NCBI GenBank assembly: GCA_036559785.1
Contig: DATBSM010000029.1
Span: 1-51,683 of the forward strand
DNA: 51,683 nucleotides
DNA from: Gemmatimonadales bacterium
GTDB taxonomy: Bacteria > Gemmatimonadota > Gemmatimonadetes > Gemmatimonadales > GWC2-71-9
Reading direction: 5' to 3'
A model generated the notes under the pieces. That model was given only the letters and a program-made list of their open reading frames with translations. It did not search any database and was not told the DNA's origin. Shown piece after piece: positions 48,936 through 51,683 of the stretch. The position numbers and the translations under genes were made by a program. Every line of letters starts with the position of its first letter. Positions within the stretch are counted from its first letter, which is position 1.

Positions 48936-49577
48936 TCAGTCGGACTCGCGCCGGACTGCCGGGCCGGCCGCCGCACCAAAGGTGACATCCACGGTGTAGC
49001 CGTCGGCGTGGATCAATGCGCCGAGCAGCCGCCGGGCACTCTCTTCCGCGTGCGCCGCAACCCCAAGCTCCCCCGCTGCGCTGATCAGCTGTTGCCGGGC
49101 CAGAAAGTAGATGGTATCCCGATCGGCGGGGCGGAAGGGATTCCACAGCCCGCTGCGCTCATCGTACGTCCGCATCTGGGTCACTTCGACACCGAGCACC
49201 TTGGCCGGCGGGAGAACCACGTGGACCCGGTGGTCCCCTTGATCGATGTCCACCTGGGTTCCGCGGTCGAGATCGATGCCGGCCATCACCTTCCCGGTGA
49301 CCACCACCAGGGACCGCTTGGTAGACCCGAGACGCCGATTCTCGTACACCACGACATCGCGGACCGTGGTTTCGCTGGTGACCAGCTGAGCCACCGCCCG
49401 TATCCGCTCTACGACAACGCCGTGGGTAACCGTCGTTTCGCCTCGACCCGGCAGCAGATTGTGGGTCAGAGGGACGAAGCGTTGAACCGCAAGACCGATG
49501 AGAAGGAGTGCCCCGCCGAGGAGAAGAAGGGAGATGACAACCACCGCAACCGGCCGCCGGGGCCGTGAGTCGGCCAT
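48936..49577 (-). CDS. DUF4230-like membrane-anchored protein
   Basis: 213 aa. N-terminal TM helix, then IRAVAQLVTSETTVRDVVVYE...VVVTGKVMAGIDLD...VVLPPAKVLGVEV, typical of DUF4230 as I remember it. Confidence 0.7.
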   Translation of the reverse strand: MADSRPRRPVAVVVISLLLLGGALLLIGLAVQRFVPLTHNLLPGRGETTVTHGVVVERIRAVAQLVTSETTVRDVVVYENRRLGSTKRSLVVVTGKVMAGIDLDRGTQVDIDQGDHRVHVVLPPAKVLGVEVTQMRTYDERSGLWNPFRPADRDTIYFLARQQLISAAGELGVAAHAEESARRLLGALIHADGYTVDVTFGAAAGPAVRRESD

Positions 49578-49585
49578 GCCGCTGC

Positions 49586-49762
49586 TCAGAACTCCCGGCG
49601 CTTCATGTCCTTGAACAGGCGCCTGGTCTCAGCATCTTCTTCAGTGGGTTTCTGCCGCAGGGTGGAGTCGAACTTTGCCGCGCGATCGGCCTTGGGGGGA
49701 ACCACTTTCTCGGCGTTCTTCTTGGCCAGCGCGGCTATCCGCTGATCTTCACGCTTGGACAT
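49586..49762 (-). CDS. hypothetical small basic protein
   Basis: 58 aa from the ATG at 49762, preceded by GGAGGTG. MSKREDQRIAALAKKNAEKVV... No family recognised. Confidence 0.45.
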   Translation of the reverse strand: MSKREDQRIAALAKKNAEKVVPPKADRAAKFDSTLRQKPTEEDAETRRLFKDMKRREF

Positions 49763-49789
49763 CAACACCTCCAAAAATTTGCCCGCTAG

Positions 49790-50143
49790 CTAGAAGGCCG
49801 GCCGCTGCGCCTGCTCGATGCTCTGAGCGAGCTCGTTCGCCGCCTCTTTGAGGCCGGCCAGCTCCCGGTGTCTCCCACTCACGGCACCGGTCCGCAGGTC
49901 TCCACCCAGCCCGCGGCTCATCTCCGTCGCTCTTCGAATGCGAAACCGCTCCTGAAACCCCTTGTAGTCGTCCCCGCCCGCGGCACTCAACAGACCCCAC
50001 AAGCGGAGCCGCACATCATCGAGTGCGCTCTTGAAATCCTCCAGCTCCTGCACCGCGGCCTGGCCTCGTTCCAGCTGCCCCTCGATGTCGCTCAGCGTGG
50101 TGTTGAGGGTGGCTATCTGCTCGAGAAAGCTTGGCTCCGCCAT
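49790..50143 (-). CDS. hypothetical coiled-coil protein
   Basis: 117 aa from the ATG at 50143, preceded by GGAGGG. Helical heptad-like LEQIATLNTTLSDIEGQLERGQAAVQELEDFKSALDDVRLRL. Confidence 0.55.
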   Translation of the reverse strand: MAEPSFLEQIATLNTTLSDIEGQLERGQAAVQELEDFKSALDDVRLRLWGLLSAAGGDDYKGFQERFRIRRATEMSRGLGGDLRTGAVSGRHRELAGLKEAANELAQSIEQAQRPAF

Positions 50144-50303
50144 CAGCCCTCCGTCGCCGTGGTGCATCCGCTGCCCGTGGGCGTAAAGAATCCTTGTGGC
50201 TCAACCGGGGCAAGGCCCGGGGACGCGAGCGGTCCCCCTCCAGATCCTCTACCAATACTTTAGATAGAGCGATCTAACTGCTTTGCGACATTGCGTTTGC
50301 TGA

Positions 50304-50732
50304 TCATGCGGTCTCTCGGTAGAGCCGGGCACCCAGATAGCCTCCCGCGAGCGCCGCCACCAGCCCACCCACGCTGCTGGCTCCCACCAGCGACCACGAG
50401 TAGTACCCCATGAAGGCGTACGATGCGTAGGCCGCGTGGGACGCGAGCCAGATAACAAACGCAGCGGTAAACGCGGTGCGAGGTCCGGGGCCGAGCCGGG
50501 GGCGGATGGCCGCGTAGACCCATACCGCAAGGATCCCCAGAATGAAATCCACGACCACCCAGCCCATGGTGCCTGACTCCGCCTTGGCGAGGAGTCCGGG
50601 GTTGAGCGCCTCGGTCTCGACCATCCAACGATTCCCCAGCAAGAAGCCGTTGGTGGTTGCATCGATGACATTCATGACCAGGCCGGCGGCGAGGCCTCCA
50701 ACGATGACACGGGACGAGTTCAGTTGCGCCAT
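50304..50732 (-). CDS. hypothetical four-helix membrane protein
   Basis: 142 aa from the ATG at 50732 (MAQLNSSRVIVGGLAAGLVMNVIDA...). The ORF-track extension to 50837 overlaps the upstream gene. Confidence 0.6.
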   Translation of the reverse strand: MAQLNSSRVIVGGLAAGLVMNVIDATTNGFLLGNRWMVETEALNPGLLAKAESGTMGWVVVDFILGILAVWVYAAIRPRLGPGPRTAFTAAFVIWLASHAAYASYAFMGYYSWSLVGASSVGGLVAALAGGYLGARLYRETA

Positions 50733-50751
50733 GCTGCCCTCCAGAGTCCGG

Positions 50752-51213
50752 CTAGTGAGACCGCAGGGAAACACCGTACCCGCGGGCCATGGCCGCGGCG
50801 AGGAAGACCATGACGATGACGATCCCGGCCTGCACAAAGCTGATCCGGGCCAGCAGCGGAGCCCCGCTGGTGTCGGGCTGTTCGCTTCGCGCCACCCGCC
50901 GGCGCCACCCGATCAGCGTGAGCATGGGCATGACTTCCAGTGCCAGGATGATGGCGAAGAGCGCCATCTTGCCCAGGAACACATGATTGTGGAAGTAATA
51001 TGTGGTGTCTTTCTCCAGTCCGGCGAGGAGACGCCACAGGCCGGTGCCGAGCCACAGCGCGGCGGCTAGAGCCCAGAAGTTGTCGGCGAGGAAAACGGAG
51101 CGTAGGCCCACCGGATCGAGACGGGACTTGAGCGCCCGTCCCCGGGCCCAGACAGCACCCAGCCCGACGCCAAGCCCGAGCAGGTGAAGGCCCGCGAGAA
51201 GCAACCGTGTCAT
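50752..51213 (-). CDS. membrane protein, DUF2214-like (tentative)
   Basis: 153 aa with four TM helices. YYFHNHVFLGKMALFAIILALEVMPMLT resembles DUF2214 from memory only. Confidence 0.55.
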   Translation of the reverse strand: MTRLLLAGLHLLGLGVGLGAVWARGRALKSRLDPVGLRSVFLADNFWALAAALWLGTGLWRLLAGLEKDTTYYFHNHVFLGKMALFAIILALEVMPMLTLIGWRRRVARSEQPDTSGAPLLARISFVQAGIVIVMVFLAAAMARGYGVSLRSH

Positions 51214-51226
51214 CAGCCGAAGTGGC

Positions 51227-51676
51227 TCAAAGCCGGCGTTGGGCCCCGGGGAGCGCAGGGTCTCGCGACCGGCGCCACAGCGTGATCAGCATGGCTCCGA
51301 GATTCGCGGCCGCACACCCGGCACCCACCAGGATCAATCCGCGGGCGAGGTAGCGGAGCACGGTGACGCGGTTGATGTCGATCACCACCAGCAGCAGCTT
51401 GGTGCTGAGCAACGCCGCGGCAGTCGAGAAGAGCATCAACTGCAGCAGCAGCAACGGCCGATATCCCATGCCGGCGTAGAGCCAGTACAAGGCGAGCCCG
51501 ACCAGGAGCCAGGCCAGAAGGGCGGTACGGGTGCTCTGTCCTAGCGGAAGCTCCCGGATAAGCGGCACCCCGATAAGCGCCAGGGCAGCAAGCGTCAGGA
51601 GGAGCCTCCAGCTGGCCCCCCACAGCTCGCGGGGTGAAGCATCTTCGGCAGTGTGTAGGGCCGGTTCGTTGTCCAC
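51227..51676 (-). CDS. hypothetical polytopic membrane protein
   Basis: 149 aa with four hydrophobic helices. GTG start near the window end. No family recognised. Confidence 0.5.
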   Translation of the reverse strand: MDNEPALHTAEDASPRELWGASWRLLLTLAALALIGVPLIRELPLGQSTRTALLAWLLVGLALYWLYAGMGYRPLLLLQLMLFSTAAALLSTKLLLVVIDINRVTVLRYLARGLILVGAGCAAANLGAMLITLWRRSRDPALPGAQRRL

Positions 51677-51683
51677 TTTGCCT

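Overview
This is a 51.7-kb, high-GC (about two-thirds G+C by eye) bacterial chromosomal segment made almost entirely of core housekeeping genes. I call 57 CDS. 54 of them are on the minus strand, packed into operons with very frequent start/stop overlaps (ATGA, GTGA, TGATG).

Minus strand, in transcription order (high to low coordinate):
- small uncharacterised membrane/coiled-coil proteins and a DUF4230 protein
- a DEAD-box RNA helicase followed by two small, apparently paralogous unknowns
- an mgtC-like gene, then lipoprotein-DinB-DUF606
- glgX
- tyrA-aroA
- cmk-rpsA
- an acyl-CoA carboxylase set: carboxyltransferase, unknown exported protein, biotin carboxylase, RumA-type RNA methyltransferase, biotin carrier
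- rplM-rpsI
- rpsB-tsf-pyrH-frr-uppS-cdsA-dxr-rseP
- rpsO-pnp-M16 peptidase
- ald-dut
- mreBCD-mrdA-rodA
- accD-folC
- hisS-proS-lysA-guaA
- dus-larB-corA

The plus strand carries only a PtsN-like EIIA, a VanZ-like protein and a stand-alone receiver domain.

I saw no rRNA, tRNA, CRISPR, transposase/integrase, prophage or recognisable defence/toxin genes, so I do not claim a novel protein system.

The signal that standard annotation does not explain is a recurring intergenic architecture. These are hairpins in which each arm is itself a short tandem array (7-, 8- or 9-nt units, 3-5 copies), and the other arm is the reverse-complement array. The stem can therefore pair in several slipped registers.
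- Four full copies have unrelated unit sequences: 17887-17979, 21370-21448, 29053-29150, 33316-33457.
- Two half-elements lie at 5351-5382 and 36954-36998.
- Five of the six start at or within about 12 nt of the stop codon of the upstream gene in a co-directional gene pair. The rpsO-pnp copy starts about 60 nt downstream, after the rpsO terminator.
- I do not recognise it as REP/BIME, ERIC, MITE or CRISPR, but I cannot run a search.

Secondary observations:
- two probable CTG initiation codons (guaA and a DUF4239-like gene)
- a biotin carboxylase and a biotin carrier split by a translationally coupled RNA methyltransferase
- an orphan larB coupled to corA
- a 27-nt in-frame duplication in mreC
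- a highly charged tail on ribosomal protein S2

The phylum cannot be determined from the sequence alone. It is a Gram-negative-type organism, and Gemmatimonadota or Acidobacteriota-like is only a guess.
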